Program-made: the position numbers and the translations under genes | From: Spirochaetia bacterium | Lineage (GTDB): Bacteria; Spirochaetota; Spirochaetia; SZUA-6; Bin103 | Assembly (NCBI GenBank): GCA_965203905.1 | Contig: CBDBDQ010000005.1 | Coordinates: 1,408,001-1,472,000, forward strand | Direction of reading: 5' to 3' | Length of the DNA: 64,000 bases | Part shown: positions 1 through 9,542 of the stretch, piece by piece | How the letters are laid out: each line of letters opens with the position of its first letter | Position numbering within the stretch: the first letter of the stretch is position 1 | The notes under the pieces: generated by a model | The model's input: only the letters and a program-made list of their open reading frames with translations | Database searches by the model: none | Told to the model about the DNA's origin: nothing

Positions 1-679
1 TGGAAGCGTGACCCTTGGGCAGAAACGTCGCGAACGAGGTGGCTCCCACGACACCCCCCTTCTCCGCGAGCAGCTTGAGCGCCGCCGCCTCCTTGTTGCG
101 CGGGTGGTCGCAGAAGTCGCGCGCGTTGGCGTGGGTGATGGCGACCGGCTGCTCGGAGCACTCGATCGCATCCAGGGTGGTCCGCGGGCCGACGTGCGAC
201 AGGTCGATGACGATCCCGAGCCGGTTCATCTCGCGCACCGCGTCGATCCCGAAATTGCTGAGTCCGGCGTCGTTGCGCTCGAAGCAGCCGCTGCCCAGCA
301 GGTTGGTCTCGTGGTAGGTCAGTTGCATCACCCGCACGCCGAGGGCGAGAAACAGGCCGAACCGGTCCAGCTCGTTCTCGATCGGCGAGGTATTCTGGAA
401 GCTGAGGATGATGCCGGTCTTGCCGAGCCGCTTGGCGGCGTGAATATCGGCCGTCTCCTTGACCTGCAGGATGTCGTCGCGCTCGCGGAAGCGGCGCATC
501 CAGACTGCCAGGTGCGCCATGGTCTGCACGAAGTTCTCCCACGTCGCCACGGTGGCATTGATGGCGGTGACGTTGCCGGCGCGCAGGCGCTCGAACACCG
601 CGTCGCTGTCCCAGTTGCTGACGTTCAGACCATCGATCACGATCGCCTCGTCGTAGATCCTTCTCGCTTGCGAGCTCAT
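1..679 (-). CDS. membrane dipeptidase (peptidase M19/amidohydrolase), 3' end outside window
   Basis: Translated manually from ATG 679: MSSQARRIYDEAIVIDGLNVS...GVRVMQLTYHETNLLGSGC...EMNRLGIVIDLSHVG...PVAITHAN...HPRNK; open to the window edge. Confidence 0.85.
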   Translation of the reverse strand, partial: MSSQARRIYDEAIVIDGLNVSNWDSDAVFERLRAGNVTAINATVATWENFVQTMAHLAVWMRRFRERDDILQVKETADIHAAKRLGKTGIILSFQNTSPIENELDRFGLFLALGVRVMQLTYHETNLLGSGCFERNDAGLSNFGIDAVREMNRLGIVIDLSHVGPRTTLDAIECSEQPVAITHANARDFCDHPRNKEAAALKLLAEKGGVVGATSFATFLPKGHAS

Positions 680-696
680 CGCTCCCTCCCGCGGCT

Positions 697-2049
697 TCAG
701 GTGCCGCTGCCGGCGCGCTCGAACCTGGTCCCGATGCGGAACGGTTCTCCCAGGGGATTGTCGCGCTCCTCCAGCGCGTCGGCGATCACCGGGCCGATGG
801 CGCCGCCGAACTTGAATCCGTGGCCGCAGCCGCAGCCCGCGACCAGCACCCGTTCGCACCCCGGCGCCCAGTCGATCACGAACTGCTCGTCCGCGGGGTC
901 GGCCATGTTGGTGTAGAGACAGGAGCGTCCGCCCACCAGCGGCGCGTCCGCCAAGGCCGGGACACGCCGCGCCACGAACCCGCGCGCCCAATCCAGAAAC
1001 TCCCCGGTCGGCTGGCGCGAGACGGCGACCGCGGCGTCATCGATCTTACTGTCCTCGGCCACCTTCACGAAGCCCTCGTGCAGATAGGGAAACCCGTACC
1101 ACAGGTCTCCCGGCGAGCGCAGCGTCCACACCGGGAACCGCGCGCGCTCGAAGGGTGCGGGATCGTGCGGCGCGAAGAACGCCATCTGCTGGCGGGTGAT
1201 GCGCACCCGCGGCGCCAGCGCCGGCAGCAGCTCCGCCACCCAGGGCCCGGCGGCCACCACGGCGCGGTCGAACCGGCGGGCTGTGGAGCCATCGCTCCGG
1301 CTGGGGCCGGCCGTACCCGCGGCGACCGCCGCCGCAGGCTCGCGCTTCGTCGCGCCGCCCGCGCTGTCGGCCCCAGCGCCCGTGTCCACCGGGACCGGCC
1401 TGCCCGCCGCACTCTCGACTCGCCCCGCGGACGCCGCGCCCCCGCGCACCGTCGTATCCGCCGCACCCTCAGCCCGCGCCGATGCTCCCATGCCCGCGCG
1501 CACCGTCACGCCGTGCGCGCTCTCCGCTACCGTCGTCACCCGCGTGTGGTCGCGGATCGTCACGCCCGCCGCGCGCGCCAGGTCCGCCAGGTCGGCCAGC
1601 GCCCGGCCGCTGCGCAGGTAGCCGGCCCAGGGATCGTAAAACAACCGGTCTTCGGTGCTCACCGCGAACTGCGGAAACCTCTCCCGCGCCTCGGTCGCGG
1701 TCAGCTCCGCCACCGCGGTCCCGAGCCGGCTCAAGGTCGCGAAGCCCGTCAGCGTCTCGTCGTCGGGTCCGAGCCCGCGCATCGCAATCAGGGCGCCGGT
1801 GCGGAAGTAGATCGAACGACCGGTGCGCTGCTGCCACTCCTGCCACTGCGCGGCGGACCGAGTCACCAGCTCCACGTAGACCTGGTTCGGGTAGCTGGTG
1901 CGGCGGATCATCTTGGCGACATCGGTGCTCGACGCCTCGGGGTTGGGGATCGGCCCGCGCTCGATCAGCGTCACCTCGTGCCCGCGGCGGCGCAGCTCCA
2001 GCGCGGCCGCCAGGCCGAAGATCCCGGCACCGACCACGCACACCTTCAT
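697..2049 (-). CDS. FAD-dependent amine oxidoreductase (sarcosine oxidase/DAO family) with a ~70-aa Ala/Gly-rich insertion
   Basis: MKVCVVGAGIFG Rossmann motif, C-terminal GCGHGFKFG typical of MSOX-like enzymes; alternative start ATG 2058. Confidence 0.85.
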   Translation of the reverse strand: MKVCVVGAGIFGLAAALELRRRGHEVTLIERGPIPNPEASSTDVAKMIRRTSYPNQVYVELVTRSAAQWQEWQQRTGRSIYFRTGALIAMRGLGPDDETLTGFATLSRLGTAVAELTATEARERFPQFAVSTEDRLFYDPWAGYLRSGRALADLADLARAAGVTIRDHTRVTTVAESAHGVTVRAGMGASARAEGAADTTVRGGAASAGRVESAAGRPVPVDTGAGADSAGGATKREPAAAVAAGTAGPSRSDGSTARRFDRAVVAAGPWVAELLPALAPRVRITRQQMAFFAPHDPAPFERARFPVWTLRSPGDLWYGFPYLHEGFVKVAEDSKIDDAAVAVSRQPTGEFLDWARGFVARRVPALADAPLVGGRSCLYTNMADPADEQFVIDWAPGCERVLVAGCGCGHGFKFGGAIGPVIADALEERDNPLGEPFRIGTRFERAGSGT

Positions 2050-2065
2050 GGCATCCATTGGGCCG

Positions 2066-2191
2066 CGATCGGCGCCACGCTGCAACCGACGCCGCCGGTC
2101 GGTTCCGGCTGCCGTGAGACGCGAGGTCTGGCGGCGCGACGAAGGGTGCTGCAGTTACGTCGACCGGTACGGCGGGCGGCGTTGCGGCTCC
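2066..2191 (+). pseudogene. relic of HNH endonuclease (paralogue of 43374-44981)
   Basis: Encodes RSAPRC..RSVPAAVRREVWRRDEGCCSYVDRYGGRRCGS versus RYIPAPVRREVWRRDGGCCSYVDPYSGRRCGT at 44745-44840; lacks a start and the DH..N..H core. Confidence 0.85.
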
Positions 2192-2197
2192 GGAACG

Positions 2198-2226
2198 TTG
2201 ACCGCGGCCGGCATGGCGGATAGGGT
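2198..2226 (+). promoter_or_regulatory. putative sigma70 promoter
   Basis: TTGACC-17 nt-TAGGGT upstream of the 2372 gene. Confidence 0.45.
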
Positions 2227-2371
2227 CCCCGGCATCAACCCGGGCTCGGGGATCGAGTCGCTGCACGGCCCGGTCCGGACTTCGTGGCCGGGCGTGCGGC
2301 CGGCGGCGGAGGTCGACGGGATGGCGCCCGAAAGGAGTCGCGCGCGTTTCTCGACGCGCTGGGAGGGAGCA

Positions 2372-3568
2372 GTGAAGATCGTCGACCTGAAGCTGCGCGA
2401 GTTGCGCGGAGTGATGGAGCACCCGGAACCGTTCTGGGAGGAACGGCTGATCCAGCCGGTGGACGTGTACCCCGAGTTCCGCCGCCGGGGCGTCACCTTC
2501 CTCCCCGGCCGCGGCGACGGCGGCTACGACCTGCAGGCGGTGTTCCTGGAGATCCACACCGACGGCGGCGTCACGGGCCTGTCCGGACCCTGCAGCCGCA
2601 CCGAGGCATTCGTCATCGACACCGCGCTGCGGCCGTTGCTGGTGGGACGCGACCCGCTGGCGATCGAGCGGCTGTGGGACCTGATGTACCGGACCATGAT
2701 CCACGGCCGCAAGGGCGAGACCATGATGGCGATCAGCGTGGTCGACTGCGGCCTGTGGGACCTCAAGGGCAAGGCGCTGGGGCAGCCGGTGTACCGGCTC
2801 CTGGGTGGGCCCACGCGTACCAGCTTTCCCGCCTACGCCAGCGCGCTCGGGTTCTCCATCGAGCCGCGGGCCGCCGCGCGCCGCGCCGCGCAGTTCGCCG
2901 CCGAGGGCTATACCGCCACCAAGTGGTTCTTCCGCGACGGGCCCGCCGACGGCCCCGCGGGGGTGCGCCGCAACCTGGAGCTGGCGGCGGCGCTCAGGGA
3001 GGCGGTGGGCGACGACGTCGACATCATGCTCGACGCCTGGACCTCCTGGGACGTGCCCTACGCCATCCGCATGGCGCAGGAACTGGCCGCGTACGGCATC
3101 CGCTGGCTGGAGGAGCCGGTGATGGCGGACAAGCTGGACAGCTACGTCGAGATCCAGCGCAGCTCGCCCATCGCCATCGCCGGGGGCGAGCACGAGTACA
3201 CCCGCTGGGGCTTCCGCGCGATCGTCGAGAACCGCGCCATGGAGGTGCTGCAGCCCGACATCTACTGGTGCGGCGGCATCAGCGAAACGCTCAAGATCTG
3301 CGCCCTCGCGTCGACCTTCGACCTGCCGGTGATCCCCCACGGCCACAGCTCGCACGCCACCGCGCACCTGATCGCGTCCCAGCCGCCCACCACCACCCCG
3401 ATCCAGGAGTACCTGGTCAAGTGGAACCTGGTGCACCAGTTCTTCCTGCGCGACCCGCTGCACCCGGTTGCGGGCACCATCACCGTCCCCGACGCGCCCG
3501 GCCTGGGACTGGCCATCGACGAGTCCAAGGTGACCGCGCGGCGGGAGCTGAACTTCGGGGACGTCTGA
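2372..3568 (+). CDS. mandelate racemase/enolase superfamily dehydratase (rhamnonate dehydratase-like)
   Basis: GTG after GGAGGGAG; AISVVDCGLWDLKGK, MLDAW, WLEEP, GGEHE, VIPHG. Confidence 0.9.
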   Translation: MKIVDLKLRELRGVMEHPEPFWEERLIQPVDVYPEFRRRGVTFLPGRGDGGYDLQAVFLEIHTDGGVTGLSGPCSRTEAFVIDTALRPLLVGRDPLAIERLWDLMYRTMIHGRKGETMMAISVVDCGLWDLKGKALGQPVYRLLGGPTRTSFPAYASALGFSIEPRAAARRAAQFAAEGYTATKWFFRDGPADGPAGVRRNLELAAALREAVGDDVDIMLDAWTSWDVPYAIRMAQELAAYGIRWLEEPVMADKLDSYVEIQRSSPIAIAGGEHEYTRWGFRAIVENRAMEVLQPDIYWCGGISETLKICALASTFDLPVIPHGHSSHATAHLIASQPPTTTPIQEYLVKWNLVHQFFLRDPLHPVAGTITVPDAPGLGLAIDESKVTARRELNFGDV

Positions 3569-3648
3569 GGCGCGTCACCCGAGACACGGGACCCGAACGC
3601 ACCGCCGCGGCAGCGCAGGGCGCGGGGCCCGTACCCTGCCCGGCGCGC

Positions 3649-4680
3649 TCACTCGACCCAGAATCGGTGCACGGTGCGCTGGTGCCAGGTTTCGCCCGGG
3701 CGCAGCACGATGGAGGGGAAGTGGGGGTGGTGCACGCTGTCCGGGAAGTGCTGGGTCTCCAGGCACAGGGCGCCGCGCCGGTCGAAGCTGCGGCCGCCGG
3801 CGCCGGCCGTGGGTTGCAGGAACTCGGCGGTGTAGAGCTGCACGCCGGGCTGGGTGGTGGCGACCTCCATCACCCGTCCCGAGGCCGGGTCGCGGACGCG
3901 GGCGAAGGTGCGGAGCTGGCCCGGCGCCGCGTCGATCACGAAGCAGTGGTCGTAGCCGCCGGCGGCGTCGATGCGCTCACCGATGGCGTGCGGTGTGGTG
4001 AAGTCGAACGGGGTGCCGGCCACCGGCAGGATGCGGCCGGTGGGGATCGAGTCGGCATCCTTCTCCAGCACCTGTGAGCAGTGCAATTGCAATTCGTGCT
4101 GTGCCACGCTGCCGCTGCCGGCGCCGGCCAGGTTCCAGTAGGCGTGATTGGCCAGGTTGACGATGGTGGGGGCGTCGGTGGATGCCTGCAGGTCGATCAC
4201 CAGTTCGTCGTGGTCGGTCAACCGGTAGGCGACCTGCACCGCCAGCGTGCCGGGATAGCCCTCCTCGCCGGCCGGGCTGCGGTAGCGCAGCACCACCCGC
4301 GCCTCACCGTCCCCTTCGCGGGCGGCGGCCTCCCACAGCCGGCGGTCGAAGCCCACCTCTCCGCCGTGCAGGTGCACGCCGCCGGCGTTGCCGGCCAGCC
4401 GGTAGCGGACCCCGTCCAGCTCGAACGCGGCCCCGGCAATGCGGTTGGCGACCCGGCCCACGGTGGCGCCGAAGTAGGGCGTGCCCGGGTCCAGGTAGCC
4501 GGCGACCTCGTCGTAGGCCAGGGTGATCTCGTCGCTGCCGCCGCGGCCGCGAATGCGCACCGACTGCAGGTTCGCGCCCAGGGTCAGCACCGCCACGCTG
4601 GTGCCGTGGCGGTTGCCCATCAGGTAGCGATGCACGGGGCGGCCGTCGACGTGGCCGAACAACGTGCGCTCAATGCTCAT
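3649..4680 (-). CDS. galM: aldose 1-epimerase (galactose mutarotase)
   Basis: YFGATVGRVANRI, HLHGG, NLANHAYWNL, GYDHCF, LCLETQHFPD. Confidence 0.92.
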   Translation of the reverse strand: MSIERTLFGHVDGRPVHRYLMGNRHGTSVAVLTLGANLQSVRIRGRGGSDEITLAYDEVAGYLDPGTPYFGATVGRVANRIAGAAFELDGVRYRLAGNAGGVHLHGGEVGFDRRLWEAAAREGDGEARVVLRYRSPAGEEGYPGTLAVQVAYRLTDHDELVIDLQASTDAPTIVNLANHAYWNLAGAGSGSVAQHELQLHCSQVLEKDADSIPTGRILPVAGTPFDFTTPHAIGERIDAAGGYDHCFVIDAAPGQLRTFARVRDPASGRVMEVATTQPGVQLYTAEFLQPTAGAGGRSFDRRGALCLETQHFPDSVHHPHFPSIVLRPGETWHQRTVHRFWVE

Positions 4681-4759
4681 CTCGCCTCCACCTCCCGGGA
4701 CCTCCAGGTTACCCGATTCGCCCGCCTGCCACTCATGTCGTACAATGCTGCGTAGCTCC

Positions 4760-6010
4760 ATGACCAAACGCCGGGTGCACAGAGTACCGCTGACGCAGCG
4801 CCGTGGCGCCCGCCTGGCGCTTGCCTGCGGGCTCCTGGCCGCCCTTGGGATCGCCACCTACCACCTGCCTGACCTGCTGCTGCTTCCCAGCCGCGACCTC
4901 AGCTCCGACTCGGCGCCCGGACAGTGGGCCATGTTCCGTCGCGACCTGGGCAACACCGGCGCCGCGAACAGCGCCGGCGCCGCGCTGCGCGGCACGGTCA
5001 GGTGGGCGTTCCCCACCGGCGGCGCGGTCCACTCCTCGCCGGCGGTGGTGGAGGGCACCGTCTACGTCGGCTCGCGCGACGGGCGCCTCTACGCGCTCGA
5101 TGCCGCCACCGGCGCGCCGCGCTGGGAGTACCGCACCGAGAGCTGGGTGGAGTCGTCGCCGGCGGTGGTGGACGGCAGCGTCTACTTCGGTTCCCAGGAC
5201 GGCATGCTGCGCGCCCTCGACGCCGCCACCGGGGAGCTGCGCTGGGAGTTCGACGCCGAGTTCGGCGTGGATTCGGCGCCGGCGGTGGCCGGCGGGATCG
5301 TGTACTTCGGCGCCGACCGCGGCCTGTTCGCGGTGGACGCGGCCAGCGGCGAGCCGCGCTGGAGCCTGGAGCTGCCGTTCCGGGTGGGTTCCCCCGTGGT
5401 GGCGAACGGGATCGTATACGTCGGCTCGGTGCAGGCATTCGATGCCCGCCGCGGCTGGCGACGGCTGCGCTTCCGCACCTACGGCTTGGTAGCCTCGAGC
5501 GTGGCGGTGGCGGACACCACGGTGTACGCGGTCACCACGGCCGGCAGGGCAGTGGCGATCGACGGACGCGCTCGTTCCGCTCCGCTGGAGCACCGGGTCA
5601 AGCAATACACGATCCAGCTCTGGGCCATGGGACTGTGGCCGCGGCCCAGGCCGCAGTCAGGCAGCCGGTGGGCGCTGCGCCTGGATCAGGGCGGCGCCTA
5701 CACCTCCCCGGTGGTCGCGCACGACACCATGTACCTCGCGGGGGAACGCGGCCTCGTCGCGCTCGACCTCGCCGCGCGCGAGTTGCTCTGGACCTTCCCG
5801 GCAGGGAGCGCCTTTCGCTCCTCCCCGGCGCTGTCCGGGGACACCCTGTACCTGGGGAACAACGACGGCAGCGTCTACGCGGTCGACGCCGCCACCGGCA
5901 CGGAGCGCTGGCGGGTACGCACCGGGGGCCAGGTCACCGGCTCGCCCGCGGTGGTGGACGGCGTGCTCTACGTCGGCTCCCACGACGGCAACGTGTACGC
6001 CATCGAGTGA
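4760..6010 (+). CDS. PQQ-binding-like (BamB-type) beta-propeller repeat protein with N-terminal membrane anchor
   Basis: Repeated SSPAVVDGxVYxGSxDGxLYALDAATG..RW units at 40-aa spacing; hydrophobic N-terminus. Confidence 0.88.
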   Translation: MTKRRVHRVPLTQRRGARLALACGLLAALGIATYHLPDLLLLPSRDLSSDSAPGQWAMFRRDLGNTGAANSAGAALRGTVRWAFPTGGAVHSSPAVVEGTVYVGSRDGRLYALDAATGAPRWEYRTESWVESSPAVVDGSVYFGSQDGMLRALDAATGELRWEFDAEFGVDSAPAVAGGIVYFGADRGLFAVDAASGEPRWSLELPFRVGSPVVANGIVYVGSVQAFDARRGWRRLRFRTYGLVASSVAVADTTVYAVTTAGRAVAIDGRARSAPLEHRVKQYTIQLWAMGLWPRPRPQSGSRWALRLDQGGAYTSPVVAHDTMYLAGERGLVALDLAARELLWTFPAGSAFRSSPALSGDTLYLGNNDGSVYAVDAATGTERWRVRTGGQVTGSPAVVDGVLYVGSHDGNVYAIE

Positions 6011-6057
6011 CCGGCCGCGGCGGGCGTTCGCGAAGCCCCCGCGGTATGCGGACGCCC

Positions 6058-6880
6058 TCAGCCGCCGGCGGGGTAGACCAGCGGGTTCTCCCACTGGCGG
6101 GCGAGGGTTGCCGGCGACACGTAGGGATTGTCCGCCACCACCTGCGCGCGCTCCGAAACGTAGTGCACGGCGATGGCGCGGCGCGCTGGCATGGTTGGCG
6201 CCGCTGCCGTGCAGCGTCAGCGGATGGTGGAAGCTGGCGGCGCCGGCCGGCATCACCGCGGCGTGCTCGTGCCATCGCTCCCCCTCCGGCAGCGGCAGCG
6301 CGGCGATCGCCCTGGCCTCGTTCTTCTCGCCGAAGTTGCCGGGGTCGATCAGTCCCCAGCGATGCGAGCCGGGCACGAAGCGCATCGCTCCCCCGGCAAT
6401 GGTGATTTCGCTGAGCGCCACCCAGGCGGTGACCACCCCTTCCAACCGGTCGAAGAACTGCCAGTACTTCCAGTCCTGGTGAAAGCCGATACCGGCGCCC
6501 GGGTCGCCGCCGACCGGCTTGTACAGCAACTGGGTATGCCACACATGCAACCGCCGCGCCCCCAGCAGGTGCGCCGCCCAGCGCCCGATCGCGGCGTGGG
6601 CGACCACCGCGAACAGGTCCTCGTCGCTGACGTGGGAGTTGTTGATCTTGATCAGGCCGGTGGTCGCGGCGCCCGGCGCCACGCCGCGGTGTTGCGGCTC
6701 ACGTCCGCTGCGGTAGTCTCCGGCGATCACCCGGTCCATCCCGCCGCAGGCCGCCGCCACCTCGGCGGCGGTCAGGAACACCGGCCCCTGCAGAAATCCC
6801 TGGGTGCGAAACAGCTCGCGGTCGGGCTCGGCTGCCCCCTGCAGGTCGCTCCCGGTCTCGCGGTCGTGGATCACGCTCAT
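6058..6880 (-). pseudogene. phytanoyl-CoA dioxygenase (PhyH) family, frameshifted near 6190
   Basis: GFHQDW, AWVAL, LTLHGSGAN; the expected tail RRAIAVHYVS...PAGG* is in another frame ending at TGA 6058; real lesion or assembly error. Confidence 0.75.
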
Positions 6881-8031
6881 ACGCAAGAATACCCGGCTGC
6901 ACTCAGTACCGGCAGGATCCCGGCCTGCCGGTACTCGTCGAGCACGGCGAAGAAACGCGCCAGGCTGTCGTCCCAGTCGTGGAACCCGAGGCGGCGCGCC
7001 TTGTTGTGGCTCAGGATCTCGTCCCAGGTGCGCTCCAGGGTGGCGTCCGCATAGCCCCAGTTGGCGACCCGGTCCAGGCGCGGCTGCACCAGGCCGTGGC
7101 GGGCGCATAGCTGGCGCCACAGCCCGTCGCGGCCGGCCATCACCTCGGCCAGCCGCAGCGGCCGCACCGAGCCCAGCGGCATGGCGAACGCGGCCGCCAG
7201 TCGCGGCCACAGCGCGTGCCACCGGAACAGGTCCGTGTTGGTGACGTTGAACGCCTCGTTGGCGCAGGCCGGTGCGGTGGCCATCCAGGCGCTGGCGCGC
7301 GCCAGCAACTCGATGGAGGTGACCTGGGTGAGGCTGGCGTAGGCGGCGGGCGGTCCCGGAAAGTCCAGCGCCGCGCCCAGCTCGCGGCAGATCGCGGCGT
7401 AAGCGCCGAGCGTGCTGACCAGGTTGCGCGCCATGGCCGGGGAGAAGTGCACCAGGGTGTTGGGCCGCGACGCGGACCAAGTCCAGCGTGCGGCGGCGGC
7501 GCGCGCGCTCAGGTAGTCCTGCTGATCGTAGTTGAAGTTGTCGATCGGCGCCCGCGGCTGCGCTTCCTCGGCCGGGGTCGGGAACGGCCCCACGTGCACG
7601 CCGTAGTACTTGCCGCCCTGCACCAGGTGCACGTGGCGCAGTCCGGGGGCCGCGGCCTCGGTGGCGGTGACCACGTTCTCCAGCAGGGCGAGGTTGGCGG
7701 CGGCATCCTCGATCACCTGCTCGGCGTGGGTGGCGCGCCCGCAGTAGAACAGGTGGGTGACGTCGGCGAGCGGCTCCAGCGCGCGCCGCAGTCCGTCGCG
7801 GTCGGCCATGTCGGCCGCCACGCCGGTGACTCCCGCCACCACCGGTCCGGCGGGCTCCGCCGCGACGGGCGCGCGCCGCGCCAGGCCGTAGACCCGCCAC
7901 TCCCCGCGCCCGGCCAGCTCGCGCGCCAGGGCACCGCCCACGGCGCCGGTGTAGCCGGCGATCAGCGCCGTGTACCGGCCCTGCGCTCCCGACCCGTCGG
8001 AGGTGGACGAGTCGGGGGAGTCTCGGTTCAC
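6877..8031 (-). CDS. atypical SDR, PRISE (progesterone 5-beta-reductase/iridoid synthase)-like
   Basis: ALIAGYTGAVG, VYGLARR, LVQGGKYYGVHVG, NFNYDQQD, WTWSASRP. Confidence 0.85.
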   Translation of the reverse strand: MNRDSPDSSTSDGSGAQGRYTALIAGYTGAVGGALARELAGRGEWRVYGLARRAPVAAEPAGPVVAGVTGVAADMADRDGLRRALEPLADVTHLFYCGRATHAEQVIEDAAANLALLENVVTATEAAAPGLRHVHLVQGGKYYGVHVGPFPTPAEEAQPRAPIDNFNYDQQDYLSARAAAARWTWSASRPNTLVHFSPAMARNLVSTLGAYAAICRELGAALDFPGPPAAYASLTQVTSIELLARASAWMATAPACANEAFNVTNTDLFRWHALWPRLAAAFAMPLGSVRPLRLAEVMAGRDGLWRQLCARHGLVQPRLDRVANWGYADATLERTWDEILSHNKARRLGFHDWDDSLARFFAVLDEYRQAGILPVLSAAGYSCV

Positions 8032-8038
8032 AGTCTCA

Positions 8039-9124
8039 CTACCGCGCCGTCAGGCGGGCGACCGCGGCTTCGTTCAGCTCGATGCCCAGCCCCGGACCGT
8101 CGCCGAGCTCGATGGCCCCGTCCTTGGGCAGCACCCCCGCCCCGTACAGGTCGGCCACGTCGTCGAGCGGGCCGGAGAACTCGGTGGAGAACTCGTGCGG
8201 CCGGGTGGCGTTCTGCACCGTGGCGTACACGTGCAGCGAGGCCATCGAGTTGATGCCCGCCTGCGGGCTGTGCGGCATCACGGGCTTGTTCAGCACCGTC
8301 GCCAGCTCGTAGATGCGCTTCACCTCGCTGGGACCGCCGGCGTTGAGGATGTCGGGCTGCAGGATGTCCGGGTTGCCGAGCAGGACCAGGTGCTGGAACC
8401 ACCAGCGGAAGGCATCCTGCTCCCCGGCCGAGACAGCCACGTCCAGGGCATCGGCCACCTGCCGCAGGCCCGGCAGATCGTAGTGCGGGATCGGCTCCTC
8501 GAAATGGTCGATGCCCAGTTCCTCGAAGCGCCGTCCCTGCTGGATCGCCGTGGCCACCGAGTAGCCGTTGTTGGCGTCGAAGCCCAGGTACTCGCCGCCG
8601 TCCAGGAACTCGCGCACCAGCTTGAACATCCGAAAGTCCTTCTCCGGGTTCACGTCCTGGCGCCAGCCGCGCCAGTCCATGCGGATCTTGAACGCGCGGA
8701 AACCCTGGTCGCGGCCAACTCGGACCTGCTCCAGCATCTCCTCCGGTTGGCGCCGCCAGCCGAGGCCGGTGCTCCAGTACAGCGGCACCGCGCGGCGGCG
8801 GGCACCGCCCATCAGCGTGTGCACCGGCAGTCCGGTGTCCTTGCCGAGCAGGTCCCACAGCGCCACGTCGATCACCCCGACCACCCAGCCGGGCAGCCGG
8901 TTCGCGCGCTCGTCGCGCCCCAGCGCCAGGGTCTCCCAGTGGCGGTCGACCGGGCGCGGGTCCTCGCCGATCAAGGACGGCCTGATCACGCTGTCGAGGT
9001 ACGCCTCGAACACCGCGTCACGGGCCGGGACTTCCGCCCAGCCCTCCACCCCGGCGTCGGTGGCGACCCGCAGCAGGCCCTTGCCGATGGCAAGCGGCGT
9101 GCAGGTGATGTCGCGAATCTTCAT
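8039..9124 (-). CDS. mandelate racemase/muconate lactonizing enzyme family
   Basis: IDVALWDLLGK, FKIR, FDANN, FEEP, AGEQ, MPHS. Confidence 0.9.
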   Translation of the reverse strand: MKIRDITCTPLAIGKGLLRVATDAGVEGWAEVPARDAVFEAYLDSVIRPSLIGEDPRPVDRHWETLALGRDERANRLPGWVVGVIDVALWDLLGKDTGLPVHTLMGGARRRAVPLYWSTGLGWRRQPEEMLEQVRVGRDQGFRAFKIRMDWRGWRQDVNPEKDFRMFKLVREFLDGGEYLGFDANNGYSVATAIQQGRRFEELGIDHFEEPIPHYDLPGLRQVADALDVAVSAGEQDAFRWWFQHLVLLGNPDILQPDILNAGGPSEVKRIYELATVLNKPVMPHSPQAGINSMASLHVYATVQNATRPHEFSTEFSGPLDDVADLYGAGVLPKDGAIELGDGPGLGIELNEAAVARLTAR

Positions 9125-9178
9125 GGCGCAACTATACCAGGGCCGTTCCGGAAGGGCCGCGGAGCCGCAGAGCCGTAG

Positions 9179-9450
9179 GGATACGGCCGCACTGACCTGC
9201 TGATCGTCTGGCCCTTCGGTGCCGGCGAGGTGACCCGGACGGTGATCGAGTGCAAGGTGCTGCACCGGCGCCACGGCTTGGAGACGACCATCGCGCACGG
9301 CCTGGAGCATCCCGCGCGGTACATGGACCGCTGCGGCTCGCGGGTGGGGCACCTGATCATCTTCGACCCGAATCCCGACAAGAGCTGGGACGAGAAGATA
9401 TACCGGCGGGACGAGAGCTTCGGCGGTCGCCCGATCGTAGACATCACGCC
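9179..9450 (+). pseudogene. orphan C-terminal PD-(D/E)xK nuclease fragment of an ATPase-nuclease protein
   Basis: GRTDLLIVWP...TVIECKV...YMDRCGS..GHLIIFD...SWDEKIYRR, directly after an in-frame TAG and with no N-terminal ATPase. Confidence 0.65.
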
Positions 9451-9542
9451 GCCGCTCCAGCGCCCCAGGTCGCCGCTGTCGGCGGAGACCTGGAGACGCG
9501 GACGCAACGCGCCGTCGAACGCGTTGCCCGAGTCCTTACGAG

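Noticed and set aside
1898-2371. Apparent HNH-like N-terminal extension fused to the enolase (556-aa ORF)
   Set aside because: The enolase has its own SD, GTG at 2372 and promoter; the upstream part is an in-frame relic overlapping the divergent gene
5030-5960. 120-bp periodic DNA repeats
   Set aside because: Explained by PQQ beta-propeller blade repeats in the protein
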